Notes: generated by a model not told the origin, from the letters alone. Counted from the first letter of the whole stretch, positions 9,794 to 20,122 are shown. The stretch is 62,976 bases of DNA, filler included, from an uncultured Synergistales bacterium (GCA_937897575.1; 4 parts of 4 records of this genome joined end to end with filler, not necessarily neighbours in it), one strand, 5' to 3'. Numbers and translations are program-made.

Positions 9794-11503
9794 TTACATC
9801 CTCTCGGGCGCCGAGATGCCCAGGAGCGCGAGGGCCGACCGAAGCACCGTTCCCGCGGCCTGCACCAGCAGCAGGCGGGCGTTCATGACCTCCTCCTCTT
9901 CCCCGAGAATTCTGTGGGCGTTGTAGAAGGAGTGGAAGTCCCCCGCAAGCGCGAGGGCGTAGTTGGCAATCACGTGGGGCGCCAGCTCCCGGGAGGCCTT
10001 CTCCGCCTCGTCGGGGAACTCGGCGAGGCGCGAGAGCAACCGCTTCTCCTCGTCGGAGCAGTAGGCCGAGCCCGTCGGGCGGGCGTCCGGGACGGCCACG
10101 CCCCGGGCCTTCGCCTCCCGCAGGACGCTGCACACGCGGGCGTAGGCGTATTGGATGTAGTAGACCGGGTTGTCGCTGGACTGGCGTTTCGCCAGCTCGA
10201 GGTCGAAATCCAGGTGCGAGTCGCTCCGCCGCATGACGAAGAAGTAGCGCGTGGCGTCGACGCCCACCTCGTCCAGCACATCCCGAAGGGTCACGAACTG
10301 CCCCGACCGGGTGGACATGGCCACCTGCTCGCCGTCACGGAGGAGGTTCACGAACTGGATGAGCAGGACGTCCAGGTCGTCCGGGCTTCGCCCGAGGGCC
10401 TCGACGCCGGCCTTCATTCTCGGGACATAGCCGTGATGATCGGCGCCCCAGACGTCGATGACCCGGTCGAAGCCCAGGTCGAACTTCTCCTTGTGGTAGG
10501 TGATGTCCGAGGCGAAGTAGGTGGGCACGCCGTTGCTCCGGATGAGCACCCGGTCCTTCTCGTCCGTGAAGTCCGTGGCCTTGAACCAGACGGCGCCGTC
10601 CTTCTCGAAGGCAAAGCCGTTCACCTTGAGCGCCTCCATGGCGGCGGGGACGAGGTCCCGCTCGTAGAGGCTCTTCTCCGAGAACCAGACGTCGAAGCGG
10701 ACGCCGAAGTCGGCCAGGATCTGCCGGATGGTGTCCAGGATGTTTCGGACCGCGAAGGCCTTGAAGAAGGGGTGGCTCTCCCCGAGGGGCATGGACAGGA
10801 ACCGGTCCCCCTCCTGGTCCCGGATCGCCCGGGCTATGTCGTGGATGTATTCGCCCTTGTAGCCGTCCTCGGGGAAGGGGGCATCGGATGGACATCCTGG
10901 GGCGCTCGACCCAGTCCCGGTACTTCGAGCTGGCCGGTCCAGCTCGAAGTACCGGGACTGGGTCGAGCGCCCCAGGATGTCCATCTGAAGACCCGCGTCG
11001 TTTATGTAGTACTCCCGCTCCACGGACCACCCCGTGAAGGCCAGGATGTTCGCGATGATATCCCCCACGGCGGCGCCGCGGCCATGGCCCACGTGCAGCG
11101 GGCCCGTCGGGTTGGCGCTCACGAACTCCACCTGAACCCGGCGCCCTTTGCCCAGGTCCCGCGCCCCGTACCGCTCGCCCTTGTCCAGGATGTCGGCCAG
11201 GACCTCCCCCATCCACTTGGAGGACAGGAAGAAGTTGATGAATCCCGGGCCTGCGACCTCCACCCGGTCAAGATAGGGGTCGGCGGCCACCTTCGCCGCG
11301 ATCTTCTCGGCCAGGGCCCTGGGGCTCTCGCCGAAGACCTTGCACATCTGCATGGCGCAGTTCGTGGACAGATCGCCCTGGTTCTCCCGCTTCGGCTTCT
11401 CGAAGACGAGCTCCGGGCACTCCACCGCCACGCCCTTAACGCGGGCTATCTCCTCGAGGGCCTCTCGCACGCGCTGCCGGAGTCCCTCCTGCACATCGTT
11501 CAT
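9794..11503 (-). CDS. argS: Arginine-tRNA ligase (contains an in-frame inverted duplication)
   Basis: VAGPGFINF, EFVSANPTGPLHVGHGRG, WGADHHGY, MSTRSG, APERM. Confidence 0.97.
   Translation of the reverse strand: MNDVQEGLRQRVREALEEIARVKGVAVECPELVFEKPKRENQGDLSTNCAMQMCKVFGESPRALAEKIAAKVAADPYLDRVEVAGPGFINFFLSSKWMGEVLADILDKGERYGARDLGKGRRVQVEFVSANPTGPLHVGHGRGAAVGDIIANILAFTGWSVEREYYINDAGLQMDILGRSTQSRYFELDRPARSTGTGSSAPGCPSDAPFPEDGYKGEYIHDIARAIRDQEGDRFLSMPLGESHPFFKAFAVRNILDTIRQILADFGVRFDVWFSEKSLYERDLVPAAMEALKVNGFAFEKDGAVWFKATDFTDEKDRVLIRSNGVPTYFASDITYHKEKFDLGFDRVIDVWGADHHGYVPRMKAGVEALGRSPDDLDVLLIQFVNLLRDGEQVAMSTRSGQFVTLRDVLDEVGVDATRYFFVMRRSDSHLDFDLELAKRQSSDNPVYYIQYAYARVCSVLREAKARGVAVPDARPTGSAYCSDEEKRLLSRLAEFPDEAEKASRELAPHVIANYALALAGDFHSFYNAHRILGEEEEVMNARLLLVQAAGTVLRSALALLGISAPERM
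10887..10985. repeat. Perfect 47-bp inverted repeat with a 5-nt spacer inside argS
   Basis: 10887-10933 is the exact reverse complement of 10939-10985; spacer CCGGT. Confidence 0.97.
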
Positions 11504-11528
11504 GCCGCCACCTCCGCGGTTCTTCGAC

Positions 11529-13355
11529 TCATCGGCTGCGCACCGGAAGATTCTTCGTCCCGAAGGCCATCCATCGCTGGATCGACTCCCCCAGCCCGAG
11601 GACCACGTCGGGCGTTATTCTGCTCGTGCTCAGCACGATCTTGGCTTCGCCCGAGAGGGTGTTCCGCGTCCTGTTCATCGTCACGGACTCGCCGTAGCGC
11701 ACCCTGCCGAAGGCGCGCTCAAGCCTCGCCGGGAGCATGACGGGCGCCCACTTGGCCGGGAGCTTGATGGCAAAGGACTGCTCGAGGATGAAGGGGAACC
11801 GGAGTCCGAACTCCTCCGTCTGCTGCAGCGACTCCGTCAGCCACACGGGGTAGGAGGCCGGGTAGGGGACGAGCATTGAACCGTCGCTCACGATGGACTG
11901 CTTCAGCGTCGCCGGGAAGGTGACCTGCCATCCGTACTTGATGGGCCTCACGATGCCGATCCCCGGGGCATAGGTCAGTGACGGAAACAGCTCCGAGGCC
12001 AGGCGATGAATCATCTCCTCGTCCGTCCGCCCGCCGGGGAAGAAGAAATCGGCCCACCCATTCCGGACGAAGACGTGCACGTCGCCCGACAGCGCTCCGG
12101 CCGTATCGAGGTCGAGACGCCACTCGATGGAGAGCCTGTGATCCTCGGCCGAACCGGAGGACACCCGCACGGGCTCGAGCCTCATGCCGTTCAGGGCGTA
12201 GAGCGGCCGCCCCCTGAGGGACAGGGACGTCTCGCCCGAAAAATGCCCCTGAAGGAGGTCGACGTAGACCGGGGTGCTCCCCTTCGCCTTCGGCGTGAGC
12301 TCCAGCGCAGGGCGAAGGATGGCCGCCGGCGTCGCCGGTGCCTCGTCGCCGAGAGTGTAGGCCGAGAGCCAGATGATCCGGCTCTGCCAGTCCGTCGTCT
12401 GTGCCCACCGGTTCAGCAGGAGCACCTTCTCCCACCGGGTCCAGGGGCCCTCGGCCGGGATGGGATTCCGGACGAGGGAGGGTGCGACTCCGTCGGCCAA
12501 CTCCGGTGCCTCGTCCAACCAGGCCATGAGGGACGATATCCGCTTCTCGCGGTCACCTCTGGACAGAAGGGGGCGCGCTGCCGCCGGGACATCGGGCACC
12601 GCCGCCTTCTCGGCGTCGGAGAGTTTTTTTGCCAGGGCCTCAGTGCCCTTGCGCATGGAGAAGGCGATGTAGCCGCGCACATCGCTCAGCAGCGTCCTGT
12701 CCGACCAGGAGGGCGTGTTCACAACGGACCAGGTGTACCGGTCCACGGTGCCGACCCTCTCCTTTTTGAACTGCCCCACGCCCGACGAACCGATGACGAA
12801 GGGCATGTCCTGGGGCACGTCCACGGTTATCCGCTGCTCCCACTGGGGCAGTTCGTGGTGCATCCAGACGAAGTCGTCCATGAAGAGGCTCTTGGGGAAG
12901 ACCTCCCGGACGGAGAAGGCCATGATGAACTCCTCCTGAAGGTCGGGGAAGAGGACGTCCACCACCGGCAGACCGTCGCGCACCGTCTCCCTCGGGAGCA
13001 CGGGGGCCAGAAGGCGCCCACTTCCCGGGTCGTAGAGCCCCGCGTCCAGGACTTCGACGCGGCCCTTCTCGGGCACGGGGATCTCCCAGCGCGTCCAGCG
13101 CGCGTCGATGCCCTTCCGTGCCAGGATGACCCTGGTGGTGAGGCGCTCCATGGACCCGTCGGCCCCGAGAGAGTACTTCAGGTCCCTGAGCCATATGATC
13201 CCTTCGGACCGGGGGTGGTCGTAAAACCCGGGGCTCTCCTGAATCATCCTCGGAATATCCAGCTGCACCGGTTCCGCCGCGCTCGCCGCTCCGCCGCTCA
13301 GCATCATGGCGACCAACGCGACGGACAGGATCAGACGCCGCACCATTCCCTCCAT
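11529..13355 (-). CDS. Exported DUF3857-domain (transglutaminase-like architecture) protein
   Basis: Signal peptide ending ASA-AE; N-terminal beta-rich DUF3857-like region; AAGGAG SD before MEGM. Confidence 0.6.
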   Translation of the reverse strand: MEGMVRRLILSVALVAMMLSGGAASAAEPVQLDIPRMIQESPGFYDHPRSEGIIWLRDLKYSLGADGSMERLTTRVILARKGIDARWTRWEIPVPEKGRVEVLDAGLYDPGSGRLLAPVLPRETVRDGLPVVDVLFPDLQEEFIMAFSVREVFPKSLFMDDFVWMHHELPQWEQRITVDVPQDMPFVIGSSGVGQFKKERVGTVDRYTWSVVNTPSWSDRTLLSDVRGYIAFSMRKGTEALAKKLSDAEKAAVPDVPAAARPLLSRGDREKRISSLMAWLDEAPELADGVAPSLVRNPIPAEGPWTRWEKVLLLNRWAQTTDWQSRIIWLSAYTLGDEAPATPAAILRPALELTPKAKGSTPVYVDLLQGHFSGETSLSLRGRPLYALNGMRLEPVRVSSGSAEDHRLSIEWRLDLDTAGALSGDVHVFVRNGWADFFFPGGRTDEEMIHRLASELFPSLTYAPGIGIVRPIKYGWQVTFPATLKQSIVSDGSMLVPYPASYPVWLTESLQQTEEFGLRFPFILEQSFAIKLPAKWAPVMLPARLERAFGRVRYGESVTMNRTRNTLSGEAKIVLSTSRITPDVVLGLGESIQRWMAFGTKNLPVRSR

Positions 13356-13384
13356 AGTCCCATCTCCTTCTGTACTCAGCGTAC

Positions 13385-16060
13385 TCATAGATTCGCCCCG
13401 CAGCAGTGCTTGTACTTCTTCCCGCTGCCGCAGGGGCAGGGGTCGTTCCGTCCGATCTTCGGGCTCCTCTGCACGGGGCGCGCCGGACCCTCCCCCCGCG
13501 GTGCGGCGCTCTCACTCTGGGCGGGCGTAAAGGGCAGGATCTGCTCCCGGCCCTCCACCCGGTCGGCGCGTCTGCTTCCATCCTCCCGGGAGGAGAGGAC
13601 CCGCACCCGGAAGACGAGCTCGGCGATGGACTCCCGAACCCGCTCCATCATCTCCTGGAAGAGGTTGTAGGACTCGAACTGATACTCAAGCAGGGGGTCC
13701 TTCTGGCCTATGGCCCGAAGTCCGATCCCGCGGCGAAGCTCGTCCATGGCCAGCAGGTGGTCCCTCCAGCCGTTGTCCAGGGTGTGGAGCACGAGGAACC
13801 GGAGCAGGCCGTCCCGCTCCGCCTCGTCGAAGGCGTTGACGCGCTCGGTGAACCGGTCCCGGACGGCCTGCTTCAGCCCCTCTCTTCTGTCCTCGAGCAA
13901 ACTCGCGCTGTCCACCCCGTCGAGATGGGCCTCGAGGCCGGGGCCGAAGAGGGCCTTCAGGCGCGACTGGGCGCGGACGGCGTCCACGTCCCCATCCTCG
14001 GGGAAGTAGCGCGTCAGAATGTCGTCCACCACCCCGTCCACGACCTCCCAGACGTGGTCGGCCACGTTCTCGTCCCTGAGAACCTGGGCTCGCTCCGCGT
14101 AGACCGCCTCGCGCTGGAGGTTCATGACGTTGTCGTAGGAGAGAAGCTGCTTGCGGATGTCGAAGTGCATCTCCTCCACCTTTTTTTGAGCCCCCGCGAT
14201 GGCCTTCGTGAGGAGGCCGTGTTCGATGGACTCCCCCTCCTCCATTCCAAGCTTCTGCATGATCCCCTGGATGCGCTCCGAGCCGAAGAGCCGAAGCAGG
14301 TCATCCTCGAGGGCGAGGTAGAAGCGGCTCGACCCGGGGTCGCCCTGGCGGCCGGCCCGGCCTCGGAGCTGGTTGTCGATCCGCCGCGCCTCGTGCCGCT
14401 CCGTGCCGATGATCTTGAGCCCGCCGACGGCCTTGACCCGCTCCCGCTCCTCGAGGCACTGGGCCGTGAAGGCCGCCTTCGTGCGCTCGAAGAGCTCCCG
14501 GTCCGTCTCGGGGTCCTTGTTCTCCTTCCGGAGGGCGTCCTTCGCGAGGAAGTCGGCGTTGCCGCCGAGGACGATGTCCGTTCCGCGGCCGGCCATGTTC
14601 GTGGCCACGGTGACCGCCCCGAAATGGCCCGCCTGGGCCACGATCTGGGCCTCCCGCTCGTGGTACTTGGCGTTGAGCACCTGGTGGGGGATCTTCCGGG
14701 CCTTCAGCAGCTTGCTGAGGCGCTCGGAGTTCTCGATGGACGTGGTCCCGACGAGCACGGGAACACCCTCCCTGTGGGACTCCTGAATCTCGTCGGCCAC
14801 GGCGGCGAACTTCTCCGACACCGTCCGGTAGATCACGTCCGCGTTGTCCACCCGGATCATGTCCACGTTCGTGGGGACCACCACCACCTCGAGGCCGTAG
14901 ATCTCCTTGAACTCCTCGGCCTCCGTGGCCGCCGTCCCCGTCATGCCGGCGAGCTTGCGGTACATGCGGAAGTAGTTCTGGAGTGTGATGGTCGCAAGGG
15001 TCTGGCTCTCGCGCCCGACCTTCACGCCCTCCTTCGCCTCGATGGCCTGGTGGAGGCCGTCGGAGTACCGCCGCCCCACCATGAGGCGGCCCGTGAACTC
15101 GTCCACGATGATGATCTCGCCGTCCTTCACCACGTAGTGCACGTCCCGCTGGAAGAGCATATGGGCCTTCAGGGCCTGAACGATCCGGTGGGCGAGGTCC
15201 GAGTGGGCCGCGTCGGAGAAGAGCCCCGGCATCTTCAGGATATCCTCGCACCGCGCGATGCCCGCCTCGCTGATGGCCACGTTCCGTTCCTTTTCGTCCT
15301 TCTCGAAGTCCCGCCCCGCCTTGAGCTGTCTGGCCACCCGGTCCGAGACGGTGTACATCTCCACGTTGTCGTCCGACGGGCCGGAGATGATGAGGGGCGT
15401 CCTGGCCTCGTCGATGAGGATGGAGTCCACCTCGTCCACGATGCAGAAGAAGTGCCCCCGCTGGACCTGCTGGTCCTCGCTCACGGCCATGTTGTCCCGG
15501 AGGTAGTCGAACCCGAACTCGCTGTTCGTCCCGTAGGTGATGTCCGACTGGTAGGCCCGTTCCCGCTCGCCCTGGTCCATGTAGGCGTAGATCACCCCGA
15601 CGGTCAGCCCCAGGAAGGAGTAGATGGGCTTCATCCACTCGGCGTCGCGGCTCGCCAGATAGTCGTTCACCGTCACCACGTGGACGCCCTTGCCCGACAG
15701 GGCGTTCAGCACCACCGCCAGCGTCGCCACGAGGGTCTTGCCCTCGCCCGTCTTCATCTCCGTGACCTTGCCCTCGTGGAGCGCCATGCCCCCCATGAGC
15801 TGCACGTCGAAGTGCCGGAGGCCGATGGTCCGCTTCGAGACCTCACGGACGACGGCAAAAACCTCGGGAAGAAGGTCGTCCACCGTCTCTCCCCGCTCGA
15901 GGCGCGCCCGGAACTCCGTCCCTTTGGCCCGCAGCTCCTCGTCGGAGAGGGCGGCGACGGCCCCCTCCATGGCGTTGATCTCCTCCGCCTTCTGTCTGTA
16001 TCGTTTCAGGGCCCGATCGTTCGGGTCGAGCCCAAAGGCTTTCTTCAGCTTATCGAGCAT
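13385..16060 (-). CDS. secA: Preprotein translocase ATPase SecA
   Basis: MKTGEGKT, VDEVDSILIDEARTPLIISG, TNMAGRGTDI, GRNDPCPCGSGKKYKHCC. Confidence 0.98.
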   Translation of the reverse strand: MLDKLKKAFGLDPNDRALKRYRQKAEEINAMEGAVAALSDEELRAKGTEFRARLERGETVDDLLPEVFAVVREVSKRTIGLRHFDVQLMGGMALHEGKVTEMKTGEGKTLVATLAVVLNALSGKGVHVVTVNDYLASRDAEWMKPIYSFLGLTVGVIYAYMDQGERERAYQSDITYGTNSEFGFDYLRDNMAVSEDQQVQRGHFFCIVDEVDSILIDEARTPLIISGPSDDNVEMYTVSDRVARQLKAGRDFEKDEKERNVAISEAGIARCEDILKMPGLFSDAAHSDLAHRIVQALKAHMLFQRDVHYVVKDGEIIIVDEFTGRLMVGRRYSDGLHQAIEAKEGVKVGRESQTLATITLQNYFRMYRKLAGMTGTAATEAEEFKEIYGLEVVVVPTNVDMIRVDNADVIYRTVSEKFAAVADEIQESHREGVPVLVGTTSIENSERLSKLLKARKIPHQVLNAKYHEREAQIVAQAGHFGAVTVATNMAGRGTDIVLGGNADFLAKDALRKENKDPETDRELFERTKAAFTAQCLEERERVKAVGGLKIIGTERHEARRIDNQLRGRAGRQGDPGSSRFYLALEDDLLRLFGSERIQGIMQKLGMEEGESIEHGLLTKAIAGAQKKVEEMHFDIRKQLLSYDNVMNLQREAVYAERAQVLRDENVADHVWEVVDGVVDDILTRYFPEDGDVDAVRAQSRLKALFGPGLEAHLDGVDSASLLEDRREGLKQAVRDRFTERVNAFDEAERDGLLRFLVLHTLDNGWRDHLLAMDELRRGIGLRAIGQKDPLLEYQFESYNLFQEMMERVRESIAELVFRVRVLSSREDGSRRADRVEGREQILPFTPAQSESAAPRGEGPARPVQRSPKIGRNDPCPCGSGKKYKHCCGANL

Positions 16061-16126
16061 ACCGTCACCTCGGCATCAGGAATGTGCCGCGGCTCACTGC
16101 CGTGCCGCGGTGCTTCGTACCCGGAC

Positions 16127-16155
16127 ATTATATGCCCTCGGGGTGGAGGGGTCAA
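16127..16155 (-). promoter_or_regulatory. Sigma70-type promoter of secA
   Basis: TTGACC-17 nt-TATAAT. Confidence 0.8.
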
Positions 16156-16172
16156 AGTACTTTAGCGGAGGG

Positions 16173-16742
16173 TCAGTCGACGAAGAGGTCCCGTCCCTTG
16201 AGAAGATAGTCCATGCCGGACCAGATGGTGAGGACCAGGGCAACCCACATGGCCTCGATGCCCCCTGGCAGGTTGAAGATGAGCATCGCGATGGCGATGA
16301 TCTGAAAGACAGTTTTGATCTTTCCCCCCCGCGACGCCGCGATGACCACCCCTTCGGCGGCAGCCACCATCCGCACGCCCGTGACGATCAGATCGCGGGA
16401 GAGGATGATCACCACAATCCACGCGGGGACGCGATGCAGTTCCACCAGGGCGATGAGGGCCGCCATGACGAGGATTTTGTCGGCGATGGGGTCGATGAAC
16501 TTCCCCAGGTTCGTGACCATGCCCTTCTTCCGGGCGATGTAGCCGTCGGCCGTGTCGGTGAGTGCGGCGAGGATGAACACCGCCCCGGCCAGGATGTCGC
16601 CGCCCGTGACGGTGAGCTCCAGCTCCTCCACGGTGTAGACGGGAAAGGTCAGGCGAAGGGTCAGGAATATGAGGACCAACGGGGCCAAGAACACCCTCAG
16701 CAGGCTCAGCAGGTTCGGAAGGTTCCAGGTGATCTTCTTCAT
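16173..16742 (-). CDS. pgsA: CDP-diacylglycerol--glycerol-3-phosphate 3-phosphatidyltransferase
   Basis: NLPNLLSLLR, DTADGYIAR..GKFIDPIADK, GKIKT; GAGGAG SD before MKKITW. Confidence 0.95.
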   Translation of the reverse strand: MKKITWNLPNLLSLLRVFLAPLVLIFLTLRLTFPVYTVEELELTVTGGDILAGAVFILAALTDTADGYIARKKGMVTNLGKFIDPIADKILVMAALIALVELHRVPAWIVVIILSRDLIVTGVRMVAAAEGVVIAASRGGKIKTVFQIIAIAMLIFNLPGGIEAMWVALVLTIWSGMDYLLKGRDLFVD

Positions 16743-17238
16743 GGCGTCTCCTCGACGGAATGTATTGTAGAAGTGTATCGCAAGGAGCGGGAGAAGTAAA
16801 TCGAAGGCCGGACAGGATTTCCACCCTCTCGGGAGGAGCTTTCGACCGCTGTGCCAGCTTGGACGGCGGAGATCGCGAGAGCCGCCCTCTGGCGGACGTG
16901 TTGCAGCCACACTCCGGCGCACCCGGCCGATCGTGAAACCATGGGGGAGCACCCCTGAACACGGCGAGCTTCTCGTCTTCGCTCCGGCGGTGCAGTCAAT
17001 GCGCCGTCACGACGGCGTCCAGGGAGGGAACGGATGAACGGATCACCCCGAACGTCTCATGACACCTTTCACCGGCGAAGAACGCCGCATAAGGACCTCC
17101 CTGTTTTTCCTTCCGATGCGGTACGACCGGCCGACGACAAAGATAAAACTAAAATATTTTTACGCTGCTAAACTGTAATAAAAGTTCCCTATACTTTATA
17201 TTATTCTTTCATATAATATACATTGATGCCTTCGCCCC

Positions 17239-17268
17239 TTGACTGACGTCGGGCCTATCGTGTATAAA
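17239..17268 (+). promoter_or_regulatory. Putative promoter of the ABC importer operon, preceded by an AT-rich tract
   Basis: TTGACT-18 nt-TATAAA; very AT-rich 17140-17225. Confidence 0.55.
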
Positions 17269-17349
17269 GTTGGCGCACGCTCTGAAAGTTCTTCGCGGCA
17301 CCATCGTACCATCCCAATACCACACCCAGTTCAAGGAGGAGATATGCGG

Positions 17350-18450
17350 ATGAAGCGATTCACGAAGATGTTCTTTGCACTCGCGCTTGTTCTTGTTTTC
17401 ACAACTGCGGCCTTGGCCGCCCCCAAGATCGGTATCATGACGGGCACCGTGTCCCAGGGCGAGGAAGAGTACCGCGCCGGAGAAGAGATGGTCGAGAAGT
17501 ACGGCAAGGACCGGGTCATCCACGTGACATACCCCGACAAGTTCATGGACGAGCAGGAGACCACCATCTCCCAGATGATGGCCATGGCGTCCGACCCCGA
17601 AGTGCTCGGCATCGTCATCTGCCAGGGCGTCCCCGGCACGGCGGCGGCCATCGACAAGGTCAAGGAAGTTCGGGACGATATCCTCTTCGTCATCGGTCAG
17701 CCCCACGAGGAACCCTTCATGATTTCCAGCAAGGCGGACATCCTTTACGAGATCGACCAGCCGGCCCGCGGCGTCTCCGTCGTGGAGAAGGCGAAGGAGA
17801 TGGGCGCCAAGACGTTCATCCACTACTCCTTCCCCCGCCACATGAGCTACCCCCTTCTCGCCCAGCGGCGCGAGATCATGGAGGAGACCTGCAAGAAGAT
17901 CGGCGTCGAGTTCGTCTTCGTGAACGCCCCGGACCCCACCGGTGAAGGCGGCGTGGCCGGCGCCCAGCAGTTCATCCTCGAGGACGCCCCCCGGCAGGTC
18001 GAGAAGTACGGCCCCGACACGGCGTTCTTCAGCACCAACTGCTCCATGCAGGAGCCCCTCATCAAGTCCGTGGTGAAGACGAAGGCCATCTACCCCGAGC
18101 AGTGCTGCCCCAGCCCCTTCCACGCCCTTCCCAACGCCCTCGGCCTGAAGGTCGAGAACAAGGGGGACGTACCCTACATCCTCAAGGCCATCGACGAGAA
18201 GGTCCGCGAGTTGGGTATGGGCGGGAGAGTCGCCACGTGGACGGCCCCCATCCAGATGAACTTCATCCGCGCCGGCGCGGAGTACGCTTTCGACTTCGCG
18301 AACGGCCGCTTCGACAACAAGAAGGACATCGAGCGGGCGAAGTTCTCCATCGAGAAGGCCGCGGGAGCCGTCAAGGTCCGACCCTATGACGCCGAGAAAG
18401 CTCCGAACATGCTCATGATCGTCGGCGAATCCATCATCTTCGGGCGATAA
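17350..18450 (+). CDS. DUF3798-family ABC transporter substrate-binding protein
   Basis: Signal peptide; KIGIMTGTVSQGEEEY, HYSFPRHMSY, FFSTNCSMQEP, CCPSP; AAGGAGG SD. Confidence 0.85.
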   Translation: MKRFTKMFFALALVLVFTTAALAAPKIGIMTGTVSQGEEEYRAGEEMVEKYGKDRVIHVTYPDKFMDEQETTISQMMAMASDPEVLGIVICQGVPGTAAAIDKVKEVRDDILFVIGQPHEEPFMISSKADILYEIDQPARGVSVVEKAKEMGAKTFIHYSFPRHMSYPLLAQRREIMEETCKKIGVEFVFVNAPDPTGEGGVAGAQQFILEDAPRQVEKYGPDTAFFSTNCSMQEPLIKSVVKTKAIYPEQCCPSPFHALPNALGLKVENKGDVPYILKAIDEKVRELGMGGRVATWTAPIQMNFIRAGAEYAFDFANGRFDNKKDIERAKFSIEKAAGAVKVRPYDAEKAPNMLMIVGESIIFGR

Positions 18451-18469
18451 AATTCAGAGTGTGTTTGCG

Positions 18470-18506
18470 AAACAGGGTTGTCCATTCGACAACCCTGTTT
18501 TTTTTC
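18470..18506 (+). terminator. Terminator or mRNA-stability hairpin after the binding-protein gene
   Basis: AAACAGGGTTGTC-CATTC-GACAACCCTGTTT followed by a T-run. Confidence 0.8.
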
Positions 18507-18526
18507 ACGAAAAGGAGGGTGACCCT

Positions 18527-20121
18527 GTGACAGGAACACCTCGGCTGGAAATGCGGAACATCGGCAAGGAGTACTACGGGACGAGGGTCCTGAAGTGCGT
18601 CTCCTGCTCCCTCGGAGAGGGACAGGTCCTGTCCCTCGTTGGCGAGAACGGAGCGGGCAAGTCCACCCTGATGAATATCCTCTTCGGCATGCCCGTCATT
18701 CATGCGACGGGCGGTTACGAGGGAGAAATCTTCCTTGACGGCGAAAAGGTGGCCATCGACTCCCCAGAGAGGGCTATGGAACTTGGCATCGGCATGGTTC
18801 ACCAGGAGTTCATGCTCCTCCCCGGCTTCACGATCACGGAGAACGTGAAGCTGAACCGGGAGCTGACAAAGGGCAATCTGGTCAGCGCCCTCTTCGGCAA
18901 GTCGCTGAAGTGGCTGGATATGCCGGCCATGCGAAGCGACGCCCGGGCCTCCATGGACCTCATCGGCCTCACCATCGACGAGATGCTGCCCGTACGGGGG
19001 CTCCCCGTGGGGCACATGCAGTTCGTCGAGATCGCCCGGGAGCTGGACAAGAAAAATATCCGCCTGCTCGTCCTCGACGAGCCAACGGCGGTTCTCACGG
19101 AGACGGACGCGGCCAAGCTGCTCGACGCCATGCGTCTGCTCACGTCGAAGGGCATCTCCATCCTCTTCATCAGCCACCGGCTCGACGAGGTGATGAACGT
19201 ATCGGACACCATCGTCGTCCTTCGCGATGGGGAGCTCATCTCCGAGACGACGCCGCAACGGACGTCCATCGACCAGATCGCCGAGCTCATGGTCGGGCGG
19301 AAGATCGAGAGCAGCGCCATCGCCGGCCGCCCGCCCGAGGCCATCCCCGACGAGTACATCCTCGAAATTCGGCCGTGGACATGCCGGGAGAGAAGGTCCA
19401 GGGCGTCACACTGGACGTGAAGCGGGGGGAGATCCTCGGCATCGGCGGGCTGGCGGGGCAGGGAAAGATCGGCATCGCCAACGGGATCATGGGGCTCTTC
19501 CCCTCCGAGGGAAACGTCCGGAAGGACGGAACACCCCTGCCGCTGAACGCGCCCCGGACCTCACTGGACAGCAGGATGGCCTTCGTCTCCGAGGACCGGC
19601 GCGGGACGGGGCTGCTGCTCGACAACTCCATCGAGTTCAATATCGTCGCCACGGCCACCCAGGTGCAGAACAAATTTCTGGGCGGCGGCTTCCCCTCCAT
19701 GATCGACACGAAGCAGGTGACGGACTACGCCCGCCGCATGATCAAGGAGCTGGACATCCGGTGCACGGGGCCGACCCAGTTCGTCCGGCGGCTGTCGGGC
19801 GGAAACCAGCAGAAGGTCTGCATCGCCCGGGCGATCACCCTGGAGCCCGAGATCCTCTTCGTCTCCGAGCCCACGCGGGGCATCGACATCGGCGCGAAGA
19901 AGCTCATCCTGGACCACCTGGTCAAGCTCAACAGGGAGCAGGGGCTCACCATCGTCATGACCTCCTCGGAGCTGGCCGAGCTGCGCCTGGTGTGCGACCG
20001 GATCGCCATCATCTGCCGGGGCCGCCTCGAGGGGATTCTTCTCCCCACGGACAGCGACCGGGATTTCGGCCTCATGATGGCCGGAGAGTACCACAACTTC
20101 CACAGAAAGGAGGCCGTGTGA
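18527..20121 (+). pseudogene. Sugar-type (two-domain) ABC ATPase, frameshifted near 19370
   Basis: GENGAGKST, LVLDEPT and ISHRLDEV lie in one frame; VDMPGE, LSGGNQQKV and SSELAEL lie in another; junction at GAA ATT CGG CCG TGG AC. Confidence 0.85.
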
Positions 20122-20122
20122 T

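Noticed and set aside
13406..16165. Very long antisense or alternate-frame ORFs (e.g. 13406..16165, 26..1846, 32799..35888)
   Set aside because: Shadows of real genes caused by high-GC codon bias; no recognisable motifs
18462..18474. TGTTT-GCG-AAACA palindrome as an operator
   Set aside because: It overlaps the 5' arm of the terminator hairpin and no promoter is evident nearby
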